Shown: positions 49,036 to 62,916, counted from the first letter of the stretch. The stretch is DNA of 64,000 nt from Trichosphaerium sp. ATCC 40318 (GCA_038496445.1 JALMLS010000277.1:62001-126000); one strand, 5' to 3'. Notes: generated by a model not told the origin, from the sequence alone. Translations and numbers: made by a program.

Positions 49036-50015
49036 ATGGCTACTATTGAAAAATTATGGTTGTACGCTCACTGTCCCTTTTGTATGAGGGTACATAATAT
49101 TGAAACGCGTTATCAAGTGTACTGAGTAGCGTTTTATAGGTTGAGGTAGCACTTGGCGCGCTTGGCATTAAAGTGGTAAAGTGTTGTATTATATTACTCT
49201 AATCGCTTATATTTCGCGTAGGAGAAGGAAATAGTTCAATATGATGATGCAGAAACGCCAACAAAGATGATTGGAAAAAAAATGTTACCTATCCTCGAGT
49301 ACACTATCAACGGTGAAAAGAAGTACATGGGTGAGGTACGTATAAAATTGTTAGGCGTCACAATAACATCAGAGAATAGAGCATGGATATTGTCAAGTTC
49401 CTCGACAGCCAATCCACAGGAAAGAAGCTTTCTCCTATTGAAAAAGCAAGAGAAGAGAAAATTCTCGAGTGGTGCGTGTTCTACTCTGTACTCTGAGTAT
49501 CTTTTTTGTGTTAACAAAAGTTTTTTTTTTGAAGGTTATTCAAGGATTTCTCACCTAAAAATGGTTACCTTTACTGGCCTCGTGTTGCTAATAAAGGTAT
49601 GTATAAGAATATATGTTCTCATTGGATTAAATGTATAATAGTTCGTCTGCCTGAAATGACAACTGACAGTGGACTTGCGTACTGGGTAAACAAACATGAT
49701 AGTAAGAGTGACATCAAATTTCTTGATGAGAATGAACAACGTACAAAGGATGTACTGGCAAGCTTGAATGTATTTGAAGAAAAAATTCTTTTATCTGAAA
49801 CTGCTGCAAATGGCAAAGATATTGGTTATGAGTACGTTGTTGTGCCTCAGCTTGCTTGATTATTTATTGTAACGCCTAGGGATGTATTGATAGTTCCATT
49901 CTTGATGCATTTAACTCTTGTGAAAGGATTTCCTTATCCTGCCAAGACTAAGGCTTATATTGATAATATGGTGAAAGCTACTGGGCATGCCACATTAAAG
50001 CAATGGGAATCATAA
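49036..50015 (+). CDS. grxB: Glutaredoxin 2 (GrxB, GST-fold), bacterial type; multi-exon
   Basis: KLWLYAHCPFCMRV...YDDAETPTKMIGKKMLPIL...YMGESMDIVKFLD...WPR...LPE...YWVNK...EDVLIVPFLMHLTLVKG..YPAK.KAYIDNM matches the E. coli GrxB layout. Confidence 0.9.
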
Positions 50016-50359
50016 AAATAGAAACAACCACAAAAAAAAAAGAGCCAAAACACCAAAAAAACGAATAAAAATTTTTGATTTTCAGATAGTCGGCTTAAGC
50101 CTGATTTGACCAAAATTAAAAATGGCGTACTCTGACGCCCTTTTTGTAGGGAGTAAATTGTGACAGTTGCAAGTTGCAGTTTGACATTCAACTTTCGTTC
50201 AATTGGTTTCAAACTTTCTGTAAAGCGCTTAACAGCAAGTGCCAACATTAGTAGTACCCTCTTAGCACCTTTTTGGAGATATTAATGTGCTTGGGGGAAG
50301 TGTGTTAACGAACTTGTTAACACTACAAACTATTAGCGGCTATTACCTACAACGCGGCC

Positions 50360-53300
50360 ATGAATATTACAATGAACGATATTAAACAACGAAACAGACG
50401 AAAAAGAGCACACAGCTTGAAAACGGGGCATGAGTTAAACACAGGCACGCGTCATTACGTAGTAGAACTAACAACAAATTGTTTTTACCATTTGGAATTA
50501 TAAATTCACGTATAGCCAAAAAACCTTCGTACTTCGCTTTACCCCTCAATTCTCGGGTTCTTTTGCTTGCAAAACCGAAAAAAAAGCAACGGTCTGCGTA
50601 ACAACACCAATGCCGGCACTTGGCTATTGTATAACCACGATCACTCTATTAGCCTGAAATAGGACTAATTTATAAGTAGTACTCCGTCGTGACACTCCTA
50701 TAAGCGATTCAGACTCCAAAGACATTAAGAAGCGCAAAAAGGCAAAAAAGAAGTCACCCAGAGGGAATGTAAAATCGCACAAGTCACAAGTTTCTTCCAG
50801 CTCATCAGAGCAAGTGAAACGTGTCAAAGTCAGGCTTGATACAATGGGTAGCTATGCAACTAACTCATCGCCAAATTTGCGCAGGAAAGGTACTGAGGAT
50901 AAAAAAAAACCCGATTAGAATTTGCAACCGTTTTTGTTTAATTATTAACGTTTGTGGGCTTGTTTACTGATATGTTACGTTTTAGCTGGAGCACAAGATG
51001 ACGTGATTGAGATTCAATTGTCTTTGAAGCCTCCAAAGCGTTCTAATAGCAAAGGTAAACAAAGTAGCGCCAGGCAGAGTAAGCATCGGTCCTCAGACGC
51101 GTCTCGTAGGCCAATGCGTAGGTTTCCTTCTCCAAAGTTTTCAGAGACTAGTTCACATGAATCTGGGAGCTACAGTCCTTCGCGAAAAACACGGAGAAGC
51201 GTTTCTGTAAATAACAAGCGTAAACTACTTGGCTCTCCGAGAAAACGACCTTTAAGGCACAGCCCACATAGTAGCCCACACCTACATGTACGCTTTCAAA
51301 CTAATTACTAATCTGCGTACTAATCTACGAGCAAGCACATAAGCCCTCGTTCATCATCACTGTTTGGCGACGAAAGAGAATTTAATGTTGATGAATTAGA
51401 CATGGAAGTGAGTAATTTTTATTTTCAGATTCATTGAAACTTACTCGTTACTTTTTAGCTAAAATCGCGGCGATCAAATCATCCTTCGTTTAGGGGTGAT
51501 GCTAAGCATGCTAGAAAAGCTAGTAAATCTCCTTTGAAGTCTCCTAGTGCCAGAAGTTACCAACCATTCTACATTTTCATGCCAAACCATCAATCAAGTG
51601 GTATGTTATACGTGATCCCTTTAACTTTTGGTGTTCGTTACCAAAAGCGTTTAATAATGATTGTTTAGGTATAATGTACGACCCTAAGATTAAGCTTAGC
51701 AGTGTTTTGAAGAAAGCAACCATGAATCGTGATGTTGACCTTGAGAAGCTCACTGTTGTTGATGCTGACAGGAATCCACTTAAGTTGGATACCCTGTTGG
51801 GTGATATTGAAGGCTTTGAAGTTCATTTGTTAGCACAAACACGTTTGCAAATGATTCGTGTAACGTTACCTGGGAATACTATCTCTTCTATCCAAAGAAA
51901 GCCCCAAAAGCTTCATGTAGCTCTTTCACGTATTGCAAGTCAACGAAACTTATCTCTTGGTATACTCAGCTCTCTTTAACTAGATTTAAGCTCTAACACA
52001 CTCTCTGTAGATGACCTTGTTGTTACAAACGTCCAGGGTAAAGAAATAGATATGTCTCTATCCTTAGAAGATATTGCGGATGAGGAGATTATTTTAACGA
52101 AGAGCGAAGTTCATAAGGGTCTATCACCGCGGCCTTCATGGTCTCCTCCAACTCATTTGACAATATTACTACACGAAGGGATGTCTCATTTGTTTCCTTG
52201 GGATGGTGATGTGCAGTTACAGGAGTATCTTAATGAATTCAAGGTTGACGATCGCAAACCTAGAGATTCGTCGGGAAAATACCTTGATACTGCTAGAACA
52301 CTATCAGAGCTTCGTGTTGAAACAGTGAATTACGGTACGGATAAGTTGTAATAGTGCAAGGGCTTAATGTTTCCGTAGCCGGTAAATCTCATGATTCTTT
52401 CAAGAAGGAAAAACTCAAACTTAAGAAGCTAACGCTACGTGCGTAACTGAAATAACATAACTTTGTATATGAAGCTTATTGGATCTTTTCTAGGTGCTTT
52501 GGGTAATTCCCAACAACTTATTGTTAAAGCAGCTGTTAAAAACAATTTGTTTCACGTATATCTACCAAATAACCAGAAACATATGTTATTCTACGATCCA
52601 AAGACTCAAGTAGCTGAAAACATCAAAAACATTATGCGTAACGTTGCTAAATTACGTGGCCTTGCCCTTTCCTTAGACATGCCTGTAACTGACTTAAGTG
52701 GGCGAAAATTGGACAAGAACGTAAAACTTCATAAAGTTCCTAAACTTTCGATATGTTGGGGTGTTTCAGCACAGCAAGTAAGTGAACTTAGAAAGAAGGA
52801 ACAAGAAGAGGCTAGAAAGAAGAGACACCAAGAAATCCAAAAACAAAAGAATAAGCGTATTGTTGTTGTTCTACCTGATGATACTATTTGTAAAAAGCAA
52901 TGGGAACCTGATATAACTGTTGGAGACATATTAGATATTGTAAGAAACCAACGGTTTAGTCTATCTGTTGGGAACGAAATACGTGATAAACAAGGCCATT
53001 CTTTGTCTCTAAAAAAGACTCTTGGAGAGCTTGATCTTGAAGAGATACATGTACAGCCTGCTGAACCTATCAGGAAATCATCAAGGTACCTGAAGTGAAT
53101 TTTTTGTTTTGTTTTTATTTCTTTTGTTGGTTCTTAATGTTTATTTTAAAGGTCTCATTTGGCTATTTCTTCGGTACCAAATACACCAAAATCTAGTCGA
53201 TCTATTACTGCGCCTGCATCTCCTTTGCGTCCAACACAAGCGACGGTAACTGTGGAAGTACAAGAAGAGAAGTCTCAACCAGTACAAGCACGTTCATAAT

Positions 53301-54576
53301 AAAGAAAGTCACTTTTTTTAACCTGTTCTTGCTTAGATTACACGTGGTATTTTCACTGTTTATATGCCTAATAAGCAAGTATCTACAACATTGTGCCAGC
53401 CTAATCTTGTACTCAATGATGTCTTGATGAAGATAAAAGCCAAGAGAGACTATGAAGACATGTCCAGATATGTTGCTATGGATAAAACAGGAGAACCTGT
53501 TAACATCTACAAGACAATAAGTCAACTTGGTATTAATAGAATATGGTTTGCTGAAGACTTTGAGTCTGCAGATACTAATGATAATCCATCACAAGTTGAT
53601 AGAAGTGTTTGTACGTTAATTTGTTTGACAGATTTTTTTAAGTTTGTTTTTATCCTAATTGTTTTTTTCTTTCAGTGGCCGATCCTTCAATGTCTAGTAG
53701 AGGAAAGCGACGAAGTGCTGACTATACGTCAGGGTTAAAAAATATACTAGAAACGCCACTAGGCTTAGGAATGTCACAAACGTATAGCCTGGCATCTATC
53801 ACGAGGACTGTAAGTTGGTTTAAAAACAGATTTTTTGTTTTTTGATTTTTGTCGAAAGTTTCTCATTGTTTTGTTTTAGGAAGGTGCCGCCAGACCATTA
53901 CAAATGCAACGCGTTAAAAAACATCAGCGCGCGTTGACTGGATTCACCTATGGTGACCTAAAAAGCGACAGGTACTTTTTTTTGGAACTTTTTATTTTTC
54001 GTGTCAGTGTTCCTCATTATTTGTTATAGGAGCCAACAACGAACTCTTATATCTCAATTTAAACAAGAGAACAAGCGTAGTCAACGAAGGAAAAAGAGGC
54101 AAATATTTACACATAAGAACCGGTTAGTAAACGTGTTTTTTTTTTTTGTTTTCTTTTTTTTTTTGCTTTTTTCTTTTTTGTTATTTGTTTTGTACTTATA
54201 GTTTCCTTGTAGAAAACAATTTAATTTCACGTTTCTACAAAATGAGGATTTAACTGATACCACTGATACTGAGTTGTTCCAATTATGGCAGGAGAAGGAG
54301 GTTGATTTTGCTCACTTTAGGTCATGGACTACACCATTTAATTATGCAATGGTTCATGTTGCTGTACCAAGTCAAGTTGAGCTTGTCAATGCTTCTCCTA
54401 GGCGTCGTCCGAATTTTATGTCAGATAATAGCCCAAAGAATGACGCCAAGTTTCTACGTTTTGATGAGTACTATCAGGTTCGGTTTTTTGTTTAGTATTC
54501 CTTTAATAACTTTTTTTTTTAATTCTTTTTTGTTTAGTTCATGGCGAGTCACGTGCGCACAAAGTTACAACGTTAA
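50360..54576 (+). CDS. Protein with a basic Ser-rich N-terminus and six tandem Raf-type Ras-binding (ubiquitin-like) domains; multi-exon
   Basis: Six repeats of the pattern h.V.LP.......h....h...L.....R.h........D..G..h.h...L..L....I.h between about 51570 and 53550. Confidence 0.75.
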
Positions 54577-54866
54577 ATCACTCTTAGAGTGTATACAGTA
54601 AAATGCGTTAATATAAACGCAAATTAGTAGTGTAGTATAGAGTAGCTGTAAAAAAAAGTTGCACTGTGAATAAAACAAAATAAGTCATAGAAGTCAAACA
54701 ACCAGTGGTTTTTGTTTTTGGCTTGTTCTTAGTGAAACATAGACACCACCTTTTTGCAGTTGTCTAATACTTGTATTAAGCACATTCTACTGTTGATTTA
54801 ATAGTTTAGATAGCCACCCTTCTCTAGGTGCAATGTAGTTACAACGAGATTGAAGCAATCTTCGAT

Positions 54867-56934
54867 TTATTGGGTAATGTTGCCTTCATGAAGATGGAGC
54901 TTAGGTGAAGATGAGTCCACCTTTATGAGTTTTCGGGCTTTTGTTTTAGTGCGATTAGGTATGATGTCATATCCAGATTCAGCGACTTTGCTAAGTGCAG
55001 ATAATGATTGCTCTCAATTTCAAGCTTTTCTTTTAATTTAGCTTGCTCTTCTTCTCGAAGTTCTCTCTTCTCCTTGAGTAAGCGTATGTGTCTTTCATCA
55101 AGCTCTTTCATAGCCTGATCGAATTCTAGCTTCTGTAACTTTTGTTGATGAAGCTTCTTAGTAAGTTGCATTGCGTTCTCTTGTTCTGAGCGCATCTTGG
55201 CTACAACATCTTTTAGTATTTGAATTTCGAAAAAGAGCACGTGCTAATCTAAAAAAGTACGGACCTTTTGTGAGCTTGTAATCTTCGAGTTCTTGACTTT
55301 GTTCTTGTGTTTCTCGGTCTAATTTAAGTTGGGTTCTCTTTTCTATAGCGTCATCATGCATTCTCTAAGTAGGGGTAGAGGTTAAGAAAATTGTTGTTTT
55401 TGTAAGCTTGTACTTGAAGCTCATCGCTTGATTTGTAGCCTCTGAACACGACTTTACTTATCTCGTATCCAATAACTTTCATTCGAGCAATAGACTAGCA
55501 CATTTAAATAAGTACATACTATCTAGTCAAAAGCAATGCGCACATTTTGGTAAACATCCATGTCACTTAGCTTGTGAGTTTGTCTTTTAAACTCTTCAAA
55601 CGATATATTCATAGCAAATTCAATAACATCAGAACTAACAGCATTGATAATAGCAGCCGTTACGTCGTCTATGACATGTTAAAAGAACAACAACAACTCA
55701 CGTGTCACGTACTAGCATTATCAAGCATTTGCTCGACATCTTTAAGCTCATAAAATATCATCAAATGAACTGTTACTAGCGCATCATCGTTTGTACGCAC
55801 TTGCCTCACCTAACACATGCAGTAAGGCCATGCATTTATAAAATGTGTATAAGATTTGATACTCACATTGTAGTACATTTGACTCCGCTTTAGTTGTAAC
55901 TGTGAGAACGTAAAGGCTTGCGCTGTTTCTACTTTGTTAGTGTCTGGATCTATTTGAGTTGGATCTGAAAAATGCCAGCTACAAACTTAAGTAAGAACCA
56001 GACTACAGTGAACTTTTCGTACATAAAGTTGTGAATCCACTCATTATTAGCAGGGATATGGAGTTTAGGACCAGTAACAATGCGTCGTGATACAACATCT
56101 AACAAGTCTTGTAAGAGCATGAAGAAATTTCAACTTTTTGTTGACTTGCCATTTTCGTTCTTGTATACAACAATAGCATGGTTGCTTCTTACTTTGAGGC
56201 CTTCGAATATGTCAACTTTAGTGTATTCAACTGGATCAGCAAAGACAGTAGCTGGTCCTTCTATAAAACTCTTTTCACCGTTTCTCTTTATAACTCTAAG
56301 AAACTGCGATGGTGTAGCAGAAAATTGCTTGATAGGTGCGAACTTAGAGAACATGTCAAACACGAACTTTGGTCCGTCTATGAGTGACACCTATTATCAC
56401 TTAGAAAAGCTGGTGATTTCGCAAAACATTCTAACTTACTTTCCCGCTTGGCTTAACTTGAGCAAATTTGGAGCCTTCTGGGATTGAAACAAATCCTGAA
56501 GCCCATTTTTTTGTGCTGGCAATATCTGGTATATTTTCACCACCTATATAGAGTCAGATGACGGCTAAAGATGGAAACCATTTCGGATTTTCTTCGAATC
56601 TTCTTTTTTTTATGTTTTAATGAAAAATGACGTTTTGTAAACTTTACAGTGAGTTCATACAAATAGCTTTTCTGCTTTAAAAACGTGCTCATAGGTTAGA
56701 TTTTTATTTAGGTAGTGCAGAATGGTACGTACCGACACGTTCAAAAGCCTGTTCTTCATCAAGTGATGCGTTATTCTTTGGTCGTTCAAATCGTTTGTAG
56801 TTGTCATTTTTTCCTTTGTAGTTACCATGATTGTATTTAAAGCGTGTTTGAAATGCTGGCTTCACTCTTGGTAAACTGACAATGTGGCGGTTCTGGAAAG
56901 AAGGAGCAACAGAGAGGAAACGCGCTTTTAACAT
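54867..56934 (-). CDS. Major-vault-protein-like SPFH/Band-7 protein (MVP-type repeats, shoulder domain, coiled coil) with a mitochondrial-type presequence; apparent 1-nt frameshift near the 3' end
   Basis: Repeats LIDGPKFVF / FIEGPATVF / IVTGPKLHIP..NEWIH; SPFH segment VRQVRTNDDALVTVHLMIFYELKDV...IINAVSSDV...GYEISKVVFRGY; coiled coil MHDDAIEKRTQLKLDRETQEQ. N-terminus MLKARFLSVAPSFQNRHIVSLPRVKPAFQTRF. Confidence 0.8.
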
Positions 56935-57333
56935 GGTTTACAATATCTGAGTTTACAAACAACTAAGAAAACTCGAGGTTTTTCAATCTCAAAAAATGGC
57001 TTTGATTCTTTGAAACAATGACAAGGGTAACAACAACTCTAATGGGTCAACAGTACGCAAATCATTATAACAGAAGACATACCACGCCATGGTAGTGTAA
57101 AACGAACAATTACAGTTCCGTAAGCGTCTGATTGATGGTAAACAGGTTCTCAGCCTTGCTTGGAAATGAAGGTCATCACTGTTGGTGTTTTCCCGCCAGA
57201 TAGCTTCGTGTTTAAGCTTCGCGATTTAATCACGTGTCATGTATTCTCTTGGTACTACTGTATCCAAATAGACTCGAAATAAGTTTGTAAAAAACAGCAA
57301 ACTGCCTTTTTGCTGAATATCGCAAAACGAAAA

Positions 57334-60300
57334 ATGAGTCGTCTGTTAAGTTCATATTGATCATGTGTTTAAACGTAAATATTAGTTAGATAGGCCAATA
57401 CAACGCCGTTAAAGCTGTTACGCAATAAAAGGACGTTTTATACGCTGTAGTTAGTCTGAGAGCCCTAATGCACCGCCGAAAGGTAAAAGCAAGGCGTGGG
57501 GCCAACAACAGAAGGAAATTAACGTCCAAGAGTGCTCTAAAGCAACGTTTTGGCACGATGTCTGTTTTATAGTTAAACACTGACGTATCGCAGAGTCGTG
57601 GCTAGAGTCGCTCAAGCACAGCAATGTAGAAGATGATAAAGCACCTGATAAAAGCAAAGAAGATGAAACTGAAAAAGACCAGTACGCTGATGGCGCAAGA
57701 GACGATATTGAAGCGCTTTTGGAACAGTTTGCACCTGTTCTTTCGTTAATTAGTCAAGGTATGATCAAACATCCTGTAAAACTGAACCAAGGCAACTGCG
57801 ATGCGCATAGATGTAGCTGCACGCGTTTTAGAATTATGAAGAAAAATGTTCAGGCATTTTAGCTTCAACGTAGACTCACACTGACGTTTTGATAGCAGAG
57901 CAGCTACCAGAAGCATTCTTAGAGATGGGCTACGCAAACGACATTGTCCAACAAATATCCGACACAGACAATGCTCAATCTATAAAAGTAGCATGTCTAT
58001 TCGCTTTGAGCGATCTTGTGGACTCTGACAGAACAGGTCTAAAAATCAAATGGCACATGGCGCGTTCTTACACTATTTACTAGGTGCTCTAGGCGATGCG
58101 TTTTGTGAACAAGGCGTTGTGAAGCTTGCATTGAATATTTTACGTTCTAAAGAACAAGACTATGAAAACGAGATTCAACTCAAGACTGCATGTATTTGTG
58201 CGTTATCTAGCTTGTCAATGCATGATATGGGTACAGTTTCTTTAATTTAGGAAACGATCAAAACACTACATTACAAAAAAGGGTTAAAACGCAACCAAAC
58301 ACTTCTCAAACGCGCCAAGAAGCGTTATTGTTGGAGTTAATTGGTTTTCTTAAATTTTTTCAACATTTAGCGCTTGACACCTTGGTTTTTGGTTTTTTTC
58401 TTTCCAATCGTATTGATTCTAGTGTCTATTTGTTTATTGTATCATTTTGTACTTACAAAAGACGTTTAGAGCTTATTGTGGATTACATGGATAAACGTGA
58501 AATTTTATTATTGAACAATATGCTTCAAGTAAAGTCAATGATGCACTTACATTCTCGTTGTATCGTTTTTGTCAATAACATATACATAAATGGTCGATTC
58601 AAAGCAGGTACGTTTCTCTAACAGTTAGTTTTGTCAACGTACAACCTCTGTTGAGGTGTAGCAGTGTCAATGACATCAACATGTATTTTTTTTTGGTGGC
58701 TAGTGTAAACCGATCAAGGCTTTACGAAACTATTCGCTCATTAGTGTTTAGAGATATCAGAGTATATAATACCGTCTGTTATGACACTTCTTATGTATAA
58801 TGTCACAAATCATATTAAGCTATCCAAGCACAATCCCGCTCATGTTGGAGGTGAAGAATACGAAGGTGATTCAGAGTATGAACTTGAAGCAAGGTGCGTA
58901 TATTGCTTGTAAGGGTATTGTATCGTTAAAGCATTTGCAATATCTCAGATTTACTTACAGTGGTGTTAAAGTAGGACAGCAGAGTTTGAACAAACGCATG
59001 GCGTGCCGTATGCAAGAGATATTCGTGAATATGATGTTGATCCAATGTATAATGATGATCTATATAGTGAGTTCATTGAGCATGCTTGTCACTTACTTGG
59101 TAACCTTACAACTGATGGTGAGTATAATTTTTGCCGCATGGCTTGTTAGTGTTGAAGTACAGTCAACTTTTGTGATGAGATTCACTGAAAATGGGTTTTT
59201 GGTCATTGCTGACTTGTAGTAGTGAGTAATTGTCATTTGGCTGAAAAATATAGTATTATTGATATTATGACGCTTTTATTTCATAATACAGATACCACAT
59301 TAGAGTCATTAACATCTGTTATCAAAGTGCGTCATTTTTTTTCTTTATTTTCTAAATGATCGTCAATGGTCCCCTTGTTTATTTTACTTGGTCCCCTTGT
59401 TATTTTACTTGGTTTTATTTAATCTCATACGCGTATAGTGCCTAGCAAACCTAGCTATAATATCAGAACATAAAGACAAGCTTATGGATAGCAATATCCT
59501 TCCTATAGCTATCAAACTTATAAAGCTAGAAATTGAAGATGAAATGAAAGCACAACTAACGTTGCTTCTTGCTAATATGTCAAGCTACGGTAAGAACATA
59601 TATAAATTCAACTATAATTACAAATGATTCTTACTTCTTTTGATTTATAGAAACAGTAGCAACACGTCTTGTAGAAGGAGGTGTTGTCCAGCCAATCATT
59701 CAGTTACTTTGGGCAAGTCGCACAGAGTTTCAACGTTTTGCAGCAATGGCTCTTGCCAACTTGAGTCAAGGTACTCTTTATTGCAAAACGAGCATACCTT
59801 GCATCTAACAATTATATAGATGTAAATGCTATCCAGTTTATGGTAAAACACGGCGTAATTGCAAGAGCAGTTGACCTATGCTATTCAGCTGATCCAGCAT
59901 TACAAGTACTAAAATGATTGCATCAACATTGAAAGCACTCACCTCTATCTTTAGCGACAAGCCATGAGATTACTCAATGTCATTGCAAGTTATCCAACAG
60001 GTTTATATTGGCGCCTAATGCGTGAAGTGCGTACAGTTTTTTATTAACCTTTAATTTTTTGACAATTTTCCTTTGTAGGTAGGCGCTGTTGAAGCGATAC
60101 GCCACGTATATAAAGAAGCCGCCAAGTATGAAAAGGAGCTACCACAACCATCGTCGAAACGACTAGCTGATGCAACATTGCGGTACCTACTAGGAAAGGC
60201 CAAAGTAAGCAAGCACGTTGCAAGACCAAATGGAATCTTTACCGAGAATGGTACTGTTGAGTGCGTTGATTCTTTGCTTTCTGATTTACATGTTAACAGA

Positions 60301-62685
60301 TTGTAGTACACATAATGACAAAGTCGTTAAAGTGGATGAAGCACGTGCACTAAGCGAAAAGGAAAAAGGAAACGAGAACTTCCGTAAACGACTGTACAAG
60401 GAAGCTTTAGTTTGGTACAGTATTTTTTCTCAATTAACAGTTTCTACCTTCTATTTCTTATTCTTCTTCGTTTAGCTATACAAAGGCGATTGAATGTAAT
60501 CCCAATGATTGTAGGTTATACAGTAACCGCGCTGCGAGTACGATTTATGTTTTATGGCGCAAGCTCTGTTGCAACCTTAGACTCTTTACTAAAGTTCTTT
60601 AAAATCTCATTTTTACCTCTCCAGCTTTTGTTCATTTGGAGCGATATGATCTTGCGCTTAAGGACTCTATGAAGTGCTCAGAACTAGCACCTGATTGGGT
60701 TAAGGTATTTGACTGACTCTTCAAACAAGTGTTTCTTATGTTTTTTTAAGGGTCATTTCCGTAAAGGAAAGGCATTAATGGGATTACAACATTACTCGGA
60801 AGCTGTTGTCACTTTGAGAAAAGCTTTGGAGTTAGAACGCAATAACAAGGAAATACAAGATGCTATGAAGCTCGCTTGGCTCAAGTACAACATTGACACC
60901 ACATTTATTGAACTACTAACGTTATTACTTAAAAAGGCAGCGAGACAGTGCTAATAAAGTATGCACCAAATTTGGAAGTACGATATTCTACATTTTTTGT
61001 TGAAGAATTTTTTTTAAGTTGGCTGTTGGCTAACACATCTTGTGTACAGAATTGAACATGTTCGAAGTTCTTGAATGGCTACATATGCCTTGTATGTTTG
61101 ACTTTACTGGTCGGTTATTATCACATCTATTCGAGCTCTTGAAGCAGTACTTCAGGCGAAAGAATCCTAACAAGGGCAACGGTAAAAATATCGTGGTACG
61201 TACCTTTTTGGTTGTAGCTACTGAGTCCCTTTGCTAAACTATTGTAAATAGGGAGCATGTCCAATAGAGTCTATAGAACAAGGACTTCTTGCGTGGTCAC
61301 TAACAGTAGACGTAGACAAACTCTTGGAACTTGAGGCAGGTTTCTTTTGAACAAAAAGTAGATTCACCTTGTCGTTGATGGTTTCTTCTCTAATAGATTT
61401 AATAGGGTATATCTAACCTGTTATTTGAGTCTGACATGTCTTGTAATGGTGATAAAGATCGCTCTAGCTATTACTTTTCTAAATTCGTTATTACTGTGCT
61501 GTGTCGATTGGTTCTCGAAGGAAACCCTCATCATGGCATAAAAGCATTAAAGAAACTCATTGAACTTGGTCAAACACCTGCAGTACGTGCCAGAAATACC
61601 TTTTTTTGTATTGCCAATACTGTACTTATGTATTACAGATACGAGACTCTATCGGAAGCCCTTTGAACCTCGCTATTGCCTACATCGCTGGAGAAGAAGT
61701 TGGAGGTACGAACCTTCTTTTTTCTTCTTTCGTTGTTTATGGTTTTACTTCTGCTTTGGTTTGTTTGACACTTTTAGGTATGCCTGCATCTCCACTACTG
61801 AGACAATTGTTTCTACAGTATGGAGGGTTGCGTTGCATTGCTATGCATACACAACTGAAGGATTCATGTCAAAATTTCGCTATAGACTACATTTGTGGAT
61901 TGTCAATGTTAGAGTGGCGTAGACGCTCACCAGACCAACTTCAAATAGTTATTGGTACCGTACTTTTACTTTTGCGTGTTAGGTGTGTTAACAGAGTGTT
62001 TGTAGAAGAGTTTATCATTCCTACTCTTGAACAACCGGACACAAAATTGCGGAGCAAAGTAAGTTGTTTTGTAAACGATAATTTTTAAAGCTTACTTCTA
62101 TTTCAGGCTGAGAAAGTCTTTGGGAAACTCTATTCATTGAGGATGATGCGTGATATATTCACTTCGTGGGTTGTTAAATCTGATCGAGAATTCGTACACT
62201 ATATTGCCGAGGAACTTCGAAAATACGGCGCAATCGAAGATGGTAGCCTTGGTATTTTTTAATTGATTTTTTTCTGACTGCTTATTCCTTTATAGATGGT
62301 AGTACAGAGCTAGAATTGGATCCTGACCTAGACTACTATATCGATGACGTATGTATACACCAATATTATCTTTTAGTTATCTCTAAACACAGAATTCTAT
62401 TCTTCTTTTATTCCCATTTTTTTTTTGATGAGAAAAGCAAAAAACTCAAAACCGATTTTAGAATGGTAAGACCCAGGAAAGTCATAATTATTCTCACTGG
62501 TGGGATGTCGTTGAGATTATCAAGGTACTCAAACAGTTTCTTGCTGTAATGACAATAAGCCGTGGCCTTTTGATGCTTTTGAAACGTTACTCACATTTTG
62601 AGTTGTTTAGGCGGGAGAGGACTTGGCACGCAGTTGGGGAGAGTCAAAGTTACAGAACAAACAAAAACAAACTAATAAAAAGTGA
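57334..62685 (+). CDS. Large armadillo-repeat plus TPR protein; multi-exon, 5' structure uncertain
   Basis: ARM-like exons (ACLFALSDL, ACICALSSL, ACHLLGNL, AAMALANLS). TPR: ALSEKEKGNENFRKRLYKEAL, YSNRAA, PDWVKGHFRKGKALMGL. Confidence 0.8.
59367..59413. repeat. Short intronic tandem duplication (~21-22 bp x 2)
   Basis: tggtccccttgtttattttact followed by tggtccccttgttattttact, then tggt. Confidence 0.85.
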
Positions 62686-62916
62686 GACTTATTTCACAAA
62701 AAAAGCAGAATTGCACTTTTCGTTACCGGCCAGAGCGGTTGTAAAGTTAGTCACCGCCTTGAGTGTACAATGTCTTCTCTTCCATGACTAGTGGCTAATA
62801 CCTAGGTTGTTAATCGCTTGCTACATGTGGAACTGGGGTTTGTTTGAAGTCCGGACTGGAAATGTATTGACCGACGTACGAAGCCAAACTTTTGGTAAGA
62901 GTCCTGAACCAACAAC

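Noticed and set aside
44191-56934. Vault system linking the PARP and the MVP-like gene
   Set aside because: The PARP is WWE-type and lacks the BRCT/VIT/vWA domains of vault PARP4; the genes are 8 kb apart and the predicted compartments differ.
58800-59219. 139 aa hydrophobic ORF suggesting a membrane protein
   Set aside because: Wrong frame; the alternative frame gives ARM-repeat exons of the surrounding gene.
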